Source: Macrostomum hystrix
Taxonomy: Eukaryota; Animalia; Platyhelminthes
Assembly: GCA_950097015.1 (NCBI GenBank)
Contig: CATNEN010000039.1
Span: forward strand, 12,772,001 to 12,836,000
Reading direction: 5' to 3'
DNA: 64,000 nt
Part shown: positions 63,566 through 64,000 of the stretch, piece after piece
Numbering within the stretch: position 1 is the stretch's first letter
How the letters are laid out: the number at the start of each line of letters is the position of its first letter
Made by a program: the position numbers and the translations under genes
Notes under the pieces: generated by a model
Told to the model about the DNA's origin: nothing
Database searches by the model: none
What the model saw: the letters and a program-made list of their open reading frames with translations, nothing else

Positions 63566-64000
63566 GTTTTTCATATTTTTTTGTTTGTGAACTTCAGGTA
63601 ACATAAAAAAGTGTTACAAAAGCAGCTGAATGTCTGATCAGAGCATTCTATATACCTGTTGTGACGCCCAAGCCTGGGGACTGCACTTGCAATGACAATA
63701 CGGCTGAGTTTTAATCTTGATGAGTTGGCTAGCTCTGTTATACTTCGGGTGTGTCATAAGTAATGTCACTGAGGGTAAAACAGACCAACTAACAATCCCA
63801 GATGAACGAAACTGTATCAATCAACAACATAGTGTCCCCCAATATCAATCACCCTCTGGCAGTGCTCGTACAGCTTCTCTACCTCAGCCTGCAGGTGTTT
63901 TTCCTCCAGCTGTCGGAACCAGTGCAACGCGGCTTCTTTGACCTCATCATGGTTTGCGAAACTTCTCTGGGAAAAGTCTGCCTTCAGCCATTTAAAGAGA

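Overview
Eukaryotic (animal) genomic DNA with GT-AG spliceosomal introns. The polyQ/polyA-rich proteins and minisatellite-filled introns resemble a macrostomid flatworm such as Macrostomum; this is inferred from style and was not checked against a database. Three intact multi-exon genes can be reconstructed by hand. (1) A 13-exon USP9X/fat-facets deubiquitinase (+, 6383-21160, about 2772 aa). (2) A 3-exon Nkx2.1/scarecrow-class homeobox gene (-, 33867-31935, about 433 aa). (3) A 7-exon PHRF1-like RING/PHD/SRI gene (-, 48554-40902, about 930 aa) carrying an extra N-terminal RING-like finger. A frameshifted PPP1R3/CBM21 pseudogene lies at about 58.2-59.1 kb. Mobile DNA includes a Gypsy-like 3' end, a full-length dead Merlin element (TIRs plus 8-bp TSD), a Merlin-like foldback MITE, a CRE-like non-LTR remnant, a long-TIR DD34D mariner with a nested 8-bp-TSD MITE, a LINE RT fragment, a deleted Helitron with both termini, and two tRNA-derived SINE families. 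About 20 distinct tandem arrays (5-60 bp units) occupy introns and the Nkx flanks. The most unexpected signal is a dense set of TA-(G)GC(C)-TA micro-insertions confined to AT-rich, CpG-poor domains. They look like excision footprints of an unidentified TA-targeting transposon, and two appear as insertions in only one arm of a palindromic MITE. No CRISPR array, rRNA or intact tRNA gene was found.
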